The translations under genes and the position numbers were made by a program. Of a stretch of 64,000 bases of DNA, positions 46,953 through 61,380 are shown piece after piece; the stretch's first letter is position 1, and each line of letters opens with the position of its first letter. Under the pieces are notes generated by a model. That model saw only the letters and a list, made by a program, of their open reading frames with translations. It was not told the origin of the DNA and ran no database searches. The stretch is taken from assembly GCF_006345805.1 (NCBI RefSeq), contig NC_042998.1, forward strand, positions 174,530,001 through 174,594,000. The letters run 5' to 3'. The DNA is from Octopus sinensis (taxonomy: Eukaryota).

Positions 46953-47165
46953 GGTAAATTTCTATATTAACACCCGCACGATTTTCACTAAGAAAAAAAA
47001 TCAATTTTGATTTATTTTTACGTCGAATCAAGTACCTTGACCTAATATGCTGCAAATCCCTTATTTTGCTTCAGAAAAAAGAGGTGGGGGTCCCCTCCCC
47101 CAATCCCAGAATCACTGGAATTTTTTTTTCGTTGAATGAATTCCTGTGACCTAATATTGCAAAAT
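46953..47165. mobile_element. Partial copy of the GGTAAATTTC-terminal element
   Basis: Matches the left arm of 29244-29958. Confidence 0.7.
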
Positions 47166-47913
47166 TTAGTTAAGGTGAACCTAGTAACTAATGGTTTTGG
47201 GGTCTTGTTTGTAACTTTTTTTGAGCCATGGTGCAACCAACAGCATGGTAAAAATCCCTGCCATTAATTTGGTGTGGATGGGTAATATCAAATAATTCAA
47301 TCACAACATATATTTGAATTAAACATGAAAAAAAAATTGAAATATTATCACTTACATGGAAGTAAAATATAAGGTAAAATCTTAAATTATTGGTACATTA
47401 TTATCTTATAACAGCAATGCCTGGAAAAATGGGAGCATGAAAAAATAATATTCTTAAGATTATAAACCTGGAAAAGTACAGGACAAGATATTACATTTAG
47501 CACAAGCTATTATTTCTAGTAAAGTAAAGAAACATTTTACTTAAAATATTGCTGCTAAAATTAAAATTTGAATATTAAAACTTACTTTATTATAGTTTAC
47601 AAATAACACTATACTTAAGTAAAATTTGGCTAATTTATTACCTTGAATACAGAAAAACGTGACTAATTAGACAAACTTACAAATTAGCCGAACAGTTTTG
47701 TACAATAAATTTAAAAGATAACTGTAAAGAGTGATAAATTAGAACTGGCATTCTTTGCAATATTTTAAGGAAAAAGTTTCTTCTTTGCTAGAAGTAATAG
47801 CTTGTCCTATACTTTTACAGGTTTATAATCTTATTACTTTTCATACTTGCATTTTTCCATGTAATATATATATATATATATATGATTGTCTGGGGAGAGT
47901 CAAATATAAAAAG

Positions 47914-47955
<42 letters not shown>

Positions 47956-48539
47956 TCACTCTCACACTCTGATGTAGTTGTTTGTCTTATAGTAATAAGA
48001 CAAACATAGAAGTATTAGGATATATATTTAGGGTGTCCTACATATTCCCATACACTATAATCATTCTCATCATTTTATATTCTTCATACTATTGTGTTGG
48101 ACAAGTCTCAAACAGATTGGTGAACAATGACTCAATGTAAATTTCATTTTTGGTTTGGCTTCTGCAGCTGGATGTTCTTTCTGATGCTAACCACTTTACA
48201 GTGCACTGTGTGCATTTTATTGCAGCACCAGCATTAGACAGAATGGGAGTGTGGTGGATAGAAAAAGATGGATAAATGAGTGAATGATGGCCATTGATAC
48301 TACAATGCCAGTGGAAGGCAATATGGGTCAAGTATATGGTGCACAAACTGATCTGAGGTGTCCCTATATGCATATACATCAAGATAAGTGTAAGCTAGAG
48401 TGATAAAGTTAAAAGTAGTATTTTACATTTACTGTGCTATTTATAAAATATCTTTTTCAGATATTTAGTGATTTGATTTGAGATTTTAGTCCTGAGACTA
48501 AAATAATTACATTGTTGTAATCATTTTAGCCATTAAGTT

Positions 48540-49000
48540 TTGTTAGACATTGTCTGGAGAAACATGGGCAAGGAATAAATTCCAGAGTGTTGGTATTCTA
48601 GATAGGAACAATTGGGTATAATGCTTGGAGGGGAACAGGAGTATGCAAGAGTCAGGTAATCCTAGATATGGGTAAATAAGAACTGGCCAGCTCAAAGAAT
48701 AGAAGCCACTATAATAGCAGTGAAGACAGTGAGATTTCACATTTGTGAACCAAAAGTTGAAAATTCTATGCTAATTAATTAGATGGCATTTTGTATGTGG
48801 TTTATGTGTGTATTAGCAACAGCACTCTCTCAGATTGGGAGAAGTACTGCAATGTATGTTCGTAACTGTTGGAAAGATAGAGAATTTTATTCTTGATGAA
48901 GGCAAGTCTTTGAGATATAGGTTTGCTATGTTGTAGATGTGACATAGTTAATGTATTGATACAATGGCTAAATCATAAATCTATGATGAAAGACTTTTAC
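48540..49000 (-). mobile_element. Old CR1/L2-like LINE 3' fragment
   Basis: Minus-strand remnants such as SLSSLLL*WLLFF / HCYYSG and RIPTLWNLFLAHVSPDNV resemble the FYRYY.G.CS / RT..LWN.LP..VFP C-terminus. Confidence 0.5.
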
Positions 49001-50281
49001 ATCCATTTTTTTCTGATTTCATGAAACTGCTGTAATGGCTACATAATGCAAATAATAGAAAAATCTTAAGGTAACATATTTTTAAAATACTGCTTTTCAT
49101 TTTCTTGTCAGTATTCAGTACATTATTTCTGTCAAGTCATTCTCATAGCATTTTTGCCATTGGGGCACTTCAATTTTGTTTTTAACAATTCTATTCCTTT
49201 GTCTTTGACTTTCAGTTGAGATGAGTGGAAAGTAATGCAATTGTTATAAAATTTTCTACAAGAATTGTAAAAGTGACATATCTTAAAAAATGTTCAGTAT
49301 AGAATTAAATATTGATGTAACTTTCATTCACTTGCTTCATGAGTTTGATAATCCATCTCTTCCCCAAGGTGTGGTGCCATAATCAAGCTCATCTGCTTTT
49401 GATAAGTTTGGTTTTTTAATCCTCCTGAATGGTCAAACTCTTTGTGAAAATTCTTTTGGGAACTGTTTATTCACCATTCACTTAACTATTAACAGTTAGT
49501 ACTGCTGTTGGTAGCAAGTTTCCATCAACCTGTAATAGAATTGGTCCTGACCTGACAACTATTTCTGTATTATTGCTGTATAAAATTGCTACTTAATTCA
49601 CTTAAGTAGGCTCAGTAATCAAAAATCTAATTGGTAGAATATTTGTTTTAGCATGGTTTGACCAAATAATTGCCAAGTCCTGTTTCTTAACCAGTTGCAA
49701 AAAGAAAAGAAAATCCATACCATGTTCCCTTTTCTATGCTGGCATAGGTTGCACGGGAGTTTTTGAGGCAGTTTTTTTTTTTTTAAGCTAGATGCCCATC
49801 CTGATGTCTACTCTTGGTAGTCTAACACTGGGATTCAGTTTGCTTATTAGGTTTCTCGTTGATAAATATTACATTAGATATACTGACTGTAACTTTATGA
49901 AGCAGAAGAAAAATAATGTAACTATCATGTAGTCATCTACAGTTCCTTCACTTCAGTTCTGTCTAAAGCTCTCTTGAAATAATTGTATGGTGTATACAAT
50001 TTGGTGAGCAAAAAGCTTAGGCTCCAAATCATAGCTTCCAGTAAAATCAATGTTAATTTTATTTTCTGCAAGTTTTTATTTTTTTATTACCACCATGGTA
50101 TTTTCAGAAGGTTATTCAGCCACGAAAAACAAATTATTGAAAGGCCACATTGTAACAAAATTTTGACATAATACTGAAGTGACCAACAACCAGTGTGTTG
50201 TCAAAATGACCCACCTAAAGTATAACATTATCTAATCTTTTATCTCTGCTTTAGTTTCATTGTATAGTTTTTTTTTATCAG

Positions 50282-50457
50282 GTTATTGATGTAACAGTCA
50301 AAGCACAATCTGACAATTCAAACTTGGCCATTGTGCGGGTACCAACAACTGATGATGCCAGATTTGCAATATCTCAATTTCATGGAAAGAAAATTGGTTA
50401 TAAAAGAGTACATGTGTGTTTAAAGTCTGAAGGAAATCTAAATCAGTCTAGCATAAG
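50282..50457 (+). CDS. MARF1: MARF1-like exon: remainder of RRM
   Basis: TCAG| phase 0; VIDVTVKAQSDNSNLAIVRVPTTDDARFAISQFHGKKIGYKRVHVCLK; AG|GTACGT phase 2. Confidence 0.92.
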
Positions 50458-50821
50458 GTACGTTTTCTCTTTTTCATTGTCAGAAAGAGTTCTACAGATT
50501 TAAACTAATTTATAAACTTCCTTATTAAATTAACCTCAAATGTTTTGTTTTTATTTTTTTAGACAAGTGGCTTCTTATAGAGGGATTAAGAAATTATGTA
50601 ACACATAATTTTGTTTGACCCCAGGTCAGTCCTAAAGAAACAGACCTATGATCAAAAGCATTCCAGCCATGTCTTTCTCATCTTAAGAATTTCATATCTG
50701 GGAATACATTGTCTTCAAGTTCAGAGGTGTAATATAAGGAAGATTTGCCTATTTCTTGTAGGTCAAGTGACTAGACAGTGGCCCTATTACTGGCTAGTTT
50801 ATAATATTAACAATGATGGTA

Positions 50822-50978
50822 GTACGTAAAAAGCACCCACTACACTCACGGAGTGGTTGGTGTTAGAAACACTGCCAGATGAGACTGGAGCCTGGTGCAG
50901 CCTCCTGGCTTCCCAGACCCCGGTCAAACCGTCCAACCCATGCTAGCATGGCAAACAGACGTAAAACGATGATGATGC
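50822..50978 (+). mobile_element. Family C (GAT)n-tailed repeat
   Basis: ACGTAAAAAGCACCCACTACACTCAC...CCATGCTAGCATGG...GATGATGATG. Confidence 0.8.
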
Positions 50979-51239
50979 TGAAATTGATACAACTCCAACC
51001 ACAAATAAAATCTGAACCATAAACTTAGTTTGATAAATTTACTCTACAGTATTTGTCTAACTTAACATATAAGAGCAATAAAATACTAAATAATTTTTAC
51101 CTGTTATGTAAGTTATGAAACAGTGAAAAAAAAAAGCACATCATCACTTTGCTACTTCTCGTATGAACTTGAATCAACAAGCTAATTGCAGTAAATTTTA
51201 GATGTGCAAGACTTGTAAGATTTTCTTATACCAATACTA

Positions 51240-51613
51240 GGTGTAGGCATGGCTGTGTGGTAAGAAGCTTCGTGACCACATGGTTCCAGGTTCAGTCCCA
51301 CTACATGGCACCTTGGGCAAGTGTCTACTATAGTCTCAGGCTGACCTAAGCCTTATTAGTAAATTTAATAAATGGAAACTGAAAGAAGCCTGTCATATAT
51401 ATGTATTTGTGTGTGTTTATCTCCCCACCATCAACTGACAACCGATGCTGGTATGTTTGTCCTCTTAGCAGTTTGGCAAAAGAGACCGATAGAATAAGTA
51501 CTAAGCTTATAATGTTCAGGCAGGGAGTCGATTTCTTCAAATAAAACCCTTGAAAGTGGTGCTCCAGCATGGCTGCAGTCAAATAACTGAAACAAGTTAA
51601 AGAATAAAAGAAT
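51240..51613 (+). mobile_element. SINE family B
   Basis: Head and tail as in 27627-28018. Confidence 0.8.
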
Positions 51614-53049
51614 CTTGCCAAAATAGATATTAAAATGAAAGCGAAATTAGATATGATAGAGCAGGCATCACTTTGGTTCAGGCATGGCTGGTTAAGAAGT
51701 TCACTTTGCAGTCTCATGGATTCAGGTTCAGTCCATGGTGTGGCACTTTGGGCAGCATCTTCTACAGTAACCGTGAGCCAACCAAATCAATGAGTGGATT
51801 TGGTAGATGAAAACTGAAAGAAACACGTATTTGTGCTTTGTTTTGACATTGCATGATAGTTGTAAAATGAGTATTCTGTCATACAAGCAATGTCATTTGT
51901 TTCCAGTCTTCTATGAAAAACGTCTGACAGGAGGGGAAAAAATTCACCTTGCTTGGAAACAGAGGTTTGGTGACAGGGAGGATATCTGACCATAGAATAT
52001 CTGCCTCAAGGAATTCTTACACATACAAGCATGGAAATTAGGTTAAAATGATGAATAGGTAGTAAGGAAGGATGGAAACACATCAAGTTAGATGCTTTAT
52101 TGCAGCCATTTGGATTCCTTGGTTCTGTATCGAAGCTCTGCCATGTCTTTTTTTTTTTTTTTCCTGTTAACTTCTCTGAAGTTAAAATATATAACACGGG
52201 CTTTATTCTGTTGGTTATATGTGGTAAAGTAGAAAATTATCCTGCCTTATCAAAAAATAGTCTACTTTATATTTATCATGGAGAAGGGATGTTAACACTA
52301 GAAGGACCAGACTTTTAACCTATCTTTAAGGACCAGAATGTGTCAATTGAACCAAAGATGTTTTCCAGTTTGAAAGAAAAAAACCTTTATTAAATGTATT
52401 AATCTATTGAATTTTATGAATTTAGTTTTTGAATTGTGTGCAATTAAGATTTCCAAATGCATCAATTGACACACTTGATCCTTCTATTATTGAATGATAT
52501 GTAAGTAAAATGGTTTAAATTATTTTGGTAATTAACTTTAAATTTTTCTTTAGAAACCATTTGCTTCTTAGTATTGTAACTTATTTTATTCCAACGGACG
52601 CTAAACGATGATGATGATGATGAATTCAATTATGTCCTTTTAAATAGTTATATTTAGTCACAAAAGTAAATTGATGGCAATGTAAACAGCTGCAAATGTT
52701 TTCTAGTTGAATGCTAATCTTTTGATTTTTTTTTTTTTTTTTCCATTCCATTCTAATATCAATTCATTTTCTTTATAAACCTGAGAGCTTACTCCATGTA
52801 AGAAATTCAATTCTACAAATTGTTAAACATTTAAATTTGCATGTAAAGCACAAGGTAAATGTTTGTGATGTTGAAAAGAAAGCAAATTTTATTCATTCTG
52901 GTAAACATTCCAAACAAGATTTTGTTCAAGTTATAAAAATGTTGAAGTCAATACTTTTATAGTTTGTTGTTATAACTCTTTTTTCTGCTATTGTTTAATC
53001 ACATATTAGCTTTAATCAAAAAGACTTGCAAATCAGAGCTGTTCCAGCT

Positions 53050-55190
53050 GTGACTGTCCCATATTTTTCCAAACCATTTTGTCAATGATTTGATCTTGAA
53101 GAAGCCATGTCCAAAGTGCTTACTGACCCTCTAAGAGTATCATAACTCATCTAGGACTACATTATCTCATGTCATTAAGAGTGACTTTCTGATTGGGCAA
53201 ACAGTGGAGGCAGAATCTTCCTTGTTGCCTTCATTACTTTCCAACTAAAAGCACATTTGATATAATTATCTTCCCTTTTCTGAGTATTACCAATTCATTG
53301 ACCACTGACACAATACCACTTGCCTTGCTGCTGCTGGTCTATCTTCCGACAAGGGCCATTTAGTCATCCTAAGATAGGGCGATGTTTGGGATGTGTGATA
53401 CTTTGACCATAGCAATGAAAGGCCACTGTTTGTTCAAGAAGTTTCAGCCATCAGTAATCAGTCAGTGGCTATGCAGCTCTTCCAAAAGGGATGCAGTCAT
53501 GAGAGGAGGACCAGAGAAATGCAATTGCTCCCACCTGTGCTGCTACTTCTATGTGCTTGAAACCATGGAAGTGAAGGTATTTCATTGTCGTAGATGTGCT
53601 ACAAGACTATCCAGCCTTTAGTTGCAGATGTCAGTTGTGTGCTTGCAATCATACTTGAACGGTGGGTGAACAATGACTAATGACTTGTGCAACAGGTTTG
53701 ATTGAAGTAATAATGAGTTATGCACTTTCACCCTCACTTTTCAAGTTCCCATGTTGATCAAGTGGCAGGACAATTGTTGCAATGACTGGAGATGAGGTCA
53801 GGTAGAGTAGAAGAGCCAGTCATTGGGATATGGCCTTGTGGTTAGTGTACTTTTCTAGGGAGTATTCCTCAAAAGTGATATTCAAGAATTGGAGTAATTG
53901 TGAAAGCTCAAGTTAAATGTAGTGCGATGCAATGATGTTTTTATGAGTAACATTTGGTATATCTTTATTAGAGGATGCTTTTGAGGTCTCTGTTCATGGA
54001 GCTGGTGTAGGTTTAACATAGTTTTGAGATTGTAATGGATGATATGTAGTTAGAGAATGTTGGGAGGAATAAAAGATAGTGTCATCTACGTAAGAGTAGG
54101 TGTTGTTGGATGTGACAGCAAGTTAGTCATTGATGAATAGAAGGAAGATGGAGATGAAACTGAACCCTATGATATGTTTTTATAAACAGAATGAGCTCCA
54201 TCAAAACGTGCAACACTGCAATTTGATAGGAAGCTTTTAATCCAAGAGATGAGACATGTGGAGCCCATAGGTGATCAGTTTTATTCATATGCCCAGCACA
54301 GTCAAAAGCTTTGCTGACATGGAGGGTAACCACATTGCTTTCACCAAATTTGTTCAAGGTACAAGCCAACTGACGAGTGATTAAGCCACTAGTGAATCTG
54401 GCTTTACTGTCATTAAGAGTAAGATTAAAGTCGTTGGAGAGGCATTAATGACTCTACATTGCTTAAGATTTTAGGAGTGAATGTAAAATTCCAATAGACA
54501 GCAGTGAGGGTGCTGTTTTTGAAAGTGGGACACACTGTAGCATATTTCTAAAGAAAGGGATAGATACTTGTAGAGTGTGAGATTAAAGAGCTTGGTGAAT
54601 AGAGGGGCAAGTTCTGGAGCACAATGCTTGAGGTTTACTAGAAAAGTCATTGTTAGGACTATGTCAGGCTATAAATTAGATTCAGAAGAGAGGAAAAGAT
54701 CACTGGTGTTTTGACTCTGGGTATCAATCTGGGACAAGTAGTGGGTAAGACAAATTGATGATAGAGAAGTTGATGATTGCAAGAGGTTCAGATTTTGCAC
54801 AAATGGCATCAATGTGGAATAAATGAGAATCACAAGGAGTTGTGAATGTTAAAGCCACTGAGAACAACTTTAGAGGGAGGTGAAGAAAGATGTCTTCAGT
54901 GCAAGAGGAGACAGGGTCAAAGATTTTGGTGGTTTGAAGAATTAGAAGAGTAATAAAAGGTGCAGCTGTATTTGGGGGGGAGTGAAGGAGGGAGACTTGA
55001 ATCCTGATAACTTGTATAAATATTGCTTGCATTTATAGTTGTCTCAAAGAGGACTAGGTTATATGGTCTGTGTATGAGTAGGATCTAGATTGGAATGAGT
55101 TTAGATACTGGAGGGAAAATTGTCTGGAGGTTTTACTTTTGTATTTTGAGTAAGGAGGTGGTGCATTGAAAGCAAGGTCATGACAACTCC
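53050..55190 (-). mobile_element. Old CR1-like LINE, endonuclease to RT, heavily decayed
   Basis: EN remnant VVLSGFNIHNSL...DLFLSS at ~54.7-54.9 kb; RT remnant LHVSKAFDCAGH at ~54.3 kb. Confidence 0.6.
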
Positions 55191-55468
55191 TGGACTAAAT
55201 GCTTGCAATATAGCAAACTCTACTTAAGGCACTCGAGCACCAACTTGTACATGGCTCCTTCCTCCCCCCCCCCACTACAAAAAATGTCTTTAACAAAGGT
55301 ATTTTTTGCAAGACTGAAGAATATTTTTTGATATTCATTAAAATAAATAATCCAGTGTATGACAATGAACTTTTGAGAAAAATAACTTGCCGTGATTGGG
55401 AAGTCAATGTAATTGTGTACATCAGTAATAAATAATACTTCATGAAGACATAAATTTGTTCCAAGCAG

Positions 55469-55549
55469 ATCAGAAGCAATAGCCATACTAAAAGAAGCAA
55501 AAGGACATGTTTTGCCACTGTTCAAGTTCATTGAACACTTTGACAAAAG
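55469..55549 (+). CDS. MARF1: MARF1-like exon: start of first LOTUS/OST-HTH domain
   Basis: AAGCAG| acceptor; (R)SEAIAILKEAKGHVLPLFKFIEHFDK(R); AG|GTAAGA; phases 2/2. Compare vertebrate [22 protein letters not shown]. Confidence 0.92.
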
Positions 55550-58500
55550 GTAAGATATACATATTTCAATCTGACATCTATTTTTGTTAATGTGAAATTC
55601 ATTATCAGTTGTGATGCCCTTACTCTGAGTGAGTTTGGTGAATAAATGTTACTATCTTCTGCTGTGGTGGTAAATAGAGAAGCTGGATCTCTCTCTCTCT
55701 CTCTGGTGGAGGCAGCAGTGAAGGGTGTGTGTGTGTGCAATGAGGAGTGAGAGCAAAGCTGCATGCCTCTCTCTCTCTCCTTTTGGCAGCAAGTAAAGCC
55801 ATGTATGTATCATTGTTGCAGGGGAAGAAATAAAGGTTATGCAATGCTATTGCATTTCTTCTTTTTTTAACTTTTCTCTTGTGCTTTGTATACTGTGATC
55901 CAACAATTTGCTAATTTCCAACATTCAGGACCTATTCCCAGCCCTACATTTTCAGTAGGTCAGTATTTTCCCAAGAAAATATAAGAAGCAGCTTTCTGTA
56001 TTTATCTGGTGTAAGAGAATGCTTGTTTTGAGATGTGTGGGCTATCTATCAAGTCTTATTAAAGATAGGATTACAAAGAGAGTTTATCCATTATCTTGAT
56101 TGTAATTAAGCTGAATACACAAATAACAATGTCTGCAATATTTAATGTGAGAAATGTAATTATCACAACTTCCAAGATGTAACATGTAATTAGTAAGAAA
56201 TGCATAATTAGTGTGTATGATTTATTTCAACTCAAGATTGAACTGCTTAATATTATAGCACAGTTAGATGATATAATTTAGTGTCTAGAGTTTGATCACA
56301 AAATTTCAGTCAACTTCACCTGCTATTCTTCTGGAATTGAAATATGTATCAGTGTCAACTATAATCTAGTCTCTTAGATATAGACCCTTGTTACTAGACA
56401 GTATCATAGACCAACTTCCAGCGAGCAGTTCATAACTTAATTCAATTTCCTGATTAAAGATATTTCAATTAACATTTGCTAACCCTTACAAAGGCCATCA
56501 ATGCCATTTCCACAAATTGTAAATCATTGTGTATCAAAATATTAACTACTAATGCTTCTTTCTAAGATAGATGTAAAGCCATAAATTTGAGGAAGTATTG
56601 TGATGTTTTTGCTTCTCTCCATCTCAGTGGCTGACTGATGTAAAATTGAATACACTGAAAAGCTATAATCTCGACACAGTATACAATTATGCTAATCACA
56701 ATGCCACACTGTTGACCAGAATCACACTAGGTTCTAATTCAATCATTTCCAATGACTCTTGTGTATCAAACTATTTTTGCAACAAACTCTCAAGTCCACC
56801 TTGCATATTGCACTGTGACAGCCACCAGGGCTTCATACAAGAAACTGAGAAGCAAAATACACAGTATTTCCAGACTGCCGTCTCACACTCCAAACTTTGT
56901 GAAATGTATTGTTCTCAACAGCTAGCTAGGGCTACTCAAAATCTGAAAATTGATTTTATATGGGTGCAAATATAGGTGTGTGGTCAAGAATTTTTCTTCA
57001 CATCAAGAATTTTTCCACAGCTTCTTGAATAGATTTTTTTTTTTTTTTTAATCTATCAGGAACCATTCTTGTATTTAGATGATGGACTGACTATATTGCT
57101 TAAGACTATCAACTGGTCCATGGCTGCTTTCAGCTGAGCCTACTCTGTTACAGACATTCAGGCTATTTTGAAATAATTCTCTCACTGGTCTTTGAAAAGA
57201 GTCAAAAGTAGCCACAATTTTTCCTTAGCTATAAAGAAAATTGACAGGTTTTTTAGGAGGCCTGCATGAAAATTCTGACTTTCCACTATGCATGCCTTTC
57301 TCAAAGGAATCAATTATTACAAAGTGGTTTTAAGTTGAAATCAGAACCAGCTCAGCTTCCTCTGACCTATGAGAATATGCAGTCAAGTGTTTGCATTTAT
57401 AGTATGATTTTTTTAAAATTTTTGATTTAAGATGAATAAATCAAAATTCGCATGAGCTGGTGTAATGCAGGCACTTTGCTGATAAAATTACACATAGTAA
57501 TTAAAATAGTAATTATAGCCAATTTAAGAAGTTCTGATAGAGCTGGCATTTTCTGTGTTTCAGGTATTAGCATTAAATAAAAATTAGTTTTAAAATTTAG
57601 ACAGCAGCCTCATATGCAAATTCTCTAACACTGAAATCCATAAATATCCACTCATTTACAAACCTTCACTCTCACACTCTCTCTCTTTCTCCCCACTCAA
57701 CTCCTCCCATATCCCAACTCCCCCCCACACACACACACACTTTGTATATCTTCCCTCTTGCTATCCATTTCCTTCTACCTCTATACCTCTTCGTCTCTTT
57801 TCTTTTCCCCTTTCTGGTAATTGCTTGATGTCAGTTCTAATTGCAGAGGTGTCGGATAATGATTCATGACCAAAAACGAGTGGGTAGGATATTTATGAAA
57901 CCATAGTTTGAGATTTGACAGCTACATTGTGCAGGACAAGCAAAACTGTCTGAGGTTGTGTTGTTGCTTTATCAAATTAAGAAGAAAAGAACTTGTAACA
58001 AAATTTCTTCCATTTTTAGAACAGTTAGGAGGGCTACTATAGAACTGGTTTGAAATTAAATTTCATCCAAAATATTTTTTTTACAAGTGTGGGCAAGGCT
58101 GGGTGATTAACATTCATTTCCTGACCACTTAGTTCTGGGTTCTGTCCCACTGTGTGGTACATTGAACAAATGTCTTATACTATAGCCCTGGGCCAACCAA
58201 AGCCTTACAACTAGGTCTAATAAATGGAAGCTAAAGAAAACTTGTGCGTGTATGTGTGAATTCATATTTTCAACATTTTTACATGTGTTCACTGGTTATA
58301 AACAATGGCTTCACTGTGGTGCCATTTGCTTGCACCACAAAACGTCCAGGCTTGTTAACATGTGCAACCTTTGTAAATGAAACAAAGTGCACATTCATAC
58401 AGTATTGTTTGTTTCCAGTTCTCTATGTAATTATGTTCAGGATGTTGGTTGTTTGATAGACTGGGAGATTATTACCTTGCTTGGAAACAGGTGAGGGGTG

Positions 58501-58846
58501 GCATCAAGAAAGGTATCCAACTGTAGAAAATTCTGGAGTTAGTGTAATTGACTCCACACCCCGTCCTCAAAATTTCAGGATTTGTGCCATAGTAAAAAGG
58601 ATTGTATAGTAAAGTATATGTCATTATGCTATTATTTCACATTATTTAGCAATGCAAATATTCCAGGTAGACTGCACATTGTGGCAAAAGTCACACAGCT
58701 TTATCAACCACTTTACCCCCTGACAATACTGCTTCAATAACTTTTCAAGACCTTTAGTAGTTCATTAAATCCTTCTGTTGGTAATCTCTTAGTAAATTTT
58801 AAGACATTTTAGATTTTTTCAATTAATGACTAGAATCAAATATTTT

Positions 58847-59088
58847 GGAGTGGCTGTGTGGTAAGTAGCTTGCTTACCAACTACATGGTTCCGGGTTCAG
58901 TCCTACTGCATGGCACCTTGGGCAAGTGTCTTCTACTATAACCTCGGGCTGCCCAAAGCCTTGTGAGTGGATTTGGTACATGGAAACTGAAAGAAGCCTG
59001 TCATATATAAGTGTATGTATATGTATGTATATGTATATGTATATGTATATATATATGTATATGTATATGTATATGTATATATATATGT

Positions 59089-59130
<42 letters not shown>

Positions 59131-59347
59131 GTTTGTGTCTGTGTTTGCCCCCACCCCCCCACTCCCAACATCACTTGACAACTGATGGTGGTGTGTTTAC
59201 GTCCCCGTAACTTAGTGGTTTGGCAAAAGAAACCGATAGAATAAGTACTAGGCTTACAAAGAATAAGTCCTGGGGTCGATTTGTTCAACTAAAGGCAGTG
59301 CTCCAGCATGGCCACAGTGTAATGACTGAAACAAGAGTAAAAGAGTA
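58847..59347 (+). mobile_element. SINE family B with expanded internal (TATG/TA)n
   Basis: Full head, microsatellite and tail. Confidence 0.85.
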
Positions 59348-60214
59348 ATTTGTTGAAGCAGTTGAAACTTTCTTTTTGGCAGATATATTTGTATCTCAAA
59401 CTGTAGTTGGTCATACCTGGGGAAATGAGTAAAATTTCTTTCCATGGTTAAGGCACAAACGAATTTACAAAACATTTTTTCAAACATGATAATAGTGATA
59501 ATCTTAACATTTTCTGTGTCCTTTCAATACTCTTGAATCAAATACATTGTTCGTTGATGTTGTGGCAAAACAGATTGTAATTTAATTTGTATGAAAGAAT
59601 GTGAAATTGGAAGTCCTTGAGTACTTTAGATAGAAACTATTTCCTAATATTGATTAGGAAATGCTATAGGCTACTCTTTCATTTCTTTAAATTTTCTCAC
59701 ACTCACTCAATTTTAGTTGTGCTAATATTCATTTTGCTATCTTGTTACATTAAATTTTCAATTTCATTTTCTCCAAACTATAACAGTAAATAATAGGCTA
59801 TGAGAATCTTTTCTCCCTCTTTATTACTCTCTCCCACCTGTGTTAATTTTAGACGAATATTCAATGGAGGTGGAGAACATTCTCTAGAAAAAGAATCTTT
59901 AGTTAATAAATACCAAATCTGGAGAATGCTTGCTCTAAATGCATTTCAATACTCTTGTCTCTAAGTTCAAATCCTATTACAATTTCCTTTTTATTTATCA
60001 CTTTGGGTTTGAAATATTACAACTGATTCCAGTTTTATTACAGCCCTAATCTAACTAAATTATAATTGAAATTATTTGTAAACAATTTTCAGTTGTTAAC
60101 AAATATGTGAAAATTTAAGAAAATATTGTATTCAAACATAGTTGTAACAGTTATAGTAGGATCTTATTGTTACTCAATTTTAGATGACTTTTTTTTTTTT
60201 TTGCCGTTGCCAAC

Positions 60215-60422
60215 GCCACCTCGACTGGCCTCGGTGCCGGTGGCACGTAAAAAGCACCCACTACACTCACAGAGTGGTTGGTGTTAGGAAGGGCATCCAG
60301 CTATAGAAACACTGCCAGATCGGACTGGTGCCTGGTGCAGCCTCCTGGCTTCCCAGACCCCGGTCGAACCGTCCAGCCCATGCTAGCATGGAAAACGGAC
60401 GTTAAACCATGATGATGATGAT
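60215..60422 (+). mobile_element. Family C (GAT)n-tailed repeat
   Basis: ...CCATGCTAGCATGGAAAACGGACGTTAAACCATGATGATGATGAT. Confidence 0.8.
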
Positions 60423-60934
60423 AAAACAAAGCCATTTTAAAATGGAAATCCTTTATTTTTGAGCAAATATGGTCACTTTTAGTGCTGGAAATTAATATCC
60501 AAATCAACATCAAAATCACTTATCTAAAAGACTCTTTTACCGGTATTGGACTGGTTTATAATGGTTCACTTGATTCTTCTTTCCCCCCCCCCCCCCACAC
60601 ACACACACACCTTTAAAAAAAATAATACTCACTAAACATTCAACCTCAAGAACTGCAACTTTTTGGAATTCCTTCTTTGCCCATATTTTCTCTACAGGTG
60701 TCAGCTTCTTAGTAAAGTTGATAGGCATTGCACTCCTTTTTTGAACATAGTGTACAAATAAAATAGAAATATCCCTCTGAAAGTCTGAAATAAACTAGTT
60801 ATAAATATAAATAATTTTATTTTACTGTTTTGCCAATCACACAACTGTTTTAACATGAAATATAACCTTTCTCTCATATCTTAATTGAATTCTACATTGC
60901 TTTACATTAGATTTTTTTGTTTTTTGTTTTACAG

Positions 60935-61067
60935 GCATCACCGTTCTATCACTGTATCAGAATTGTATAAAATGAAAGGTATTCTTGAGATTAGAGAACA
61001 AGGTGGAGCTGGAAGAATGGTTCATTTAACAGCGTCATTTATTGCATCCCAAAAAGAAGATACCAAG
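60935..61067 (+). CDS. MARF1: MARF1-like exon: rest of first LOTUS domain
   Basis: ACAG| phase 2; HHRSITVSELYKMKGILEIREQGGAGRMVHL...; AAG|GTAAAG phase 0. Compare vertebrate [26 protein letters not shown]. Confidence 0.93.
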
Positions 61068-61380
61068 GTAAAGTTAACATTTATCTCTTTTTACTTCATT
61101 GTTCCTTACACTTAGATTATCTCTAGCATTTTCTTCATTCCCAACTGTCATTTCATTCAATTTGCTAGTATGCTTTGTAGAAGTCATGAATATTACAATT
61201 ATCATTTCCTTTTTCTAAGGTCAATACTTCTAATTACCCATTGATGGGTTATATCACATTAATGCATTATACAAATATTTATCAAAAATAGTTTTCTTTC
61301 ATTCACACTGAAATAGTTCTTAAATTCTAAATAGGTCTTCATTAACACACCTATGAATTTTCTGTAAACTTATTTTCCAG

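Noticed and set aside
52100-52500. ORF/exon candidate inside the MARF1 intron
   Set aside because: The flanking exons (50457 to 55469) already join in phase with continuous MARF1 homology, and this segment has stops and no similarity.
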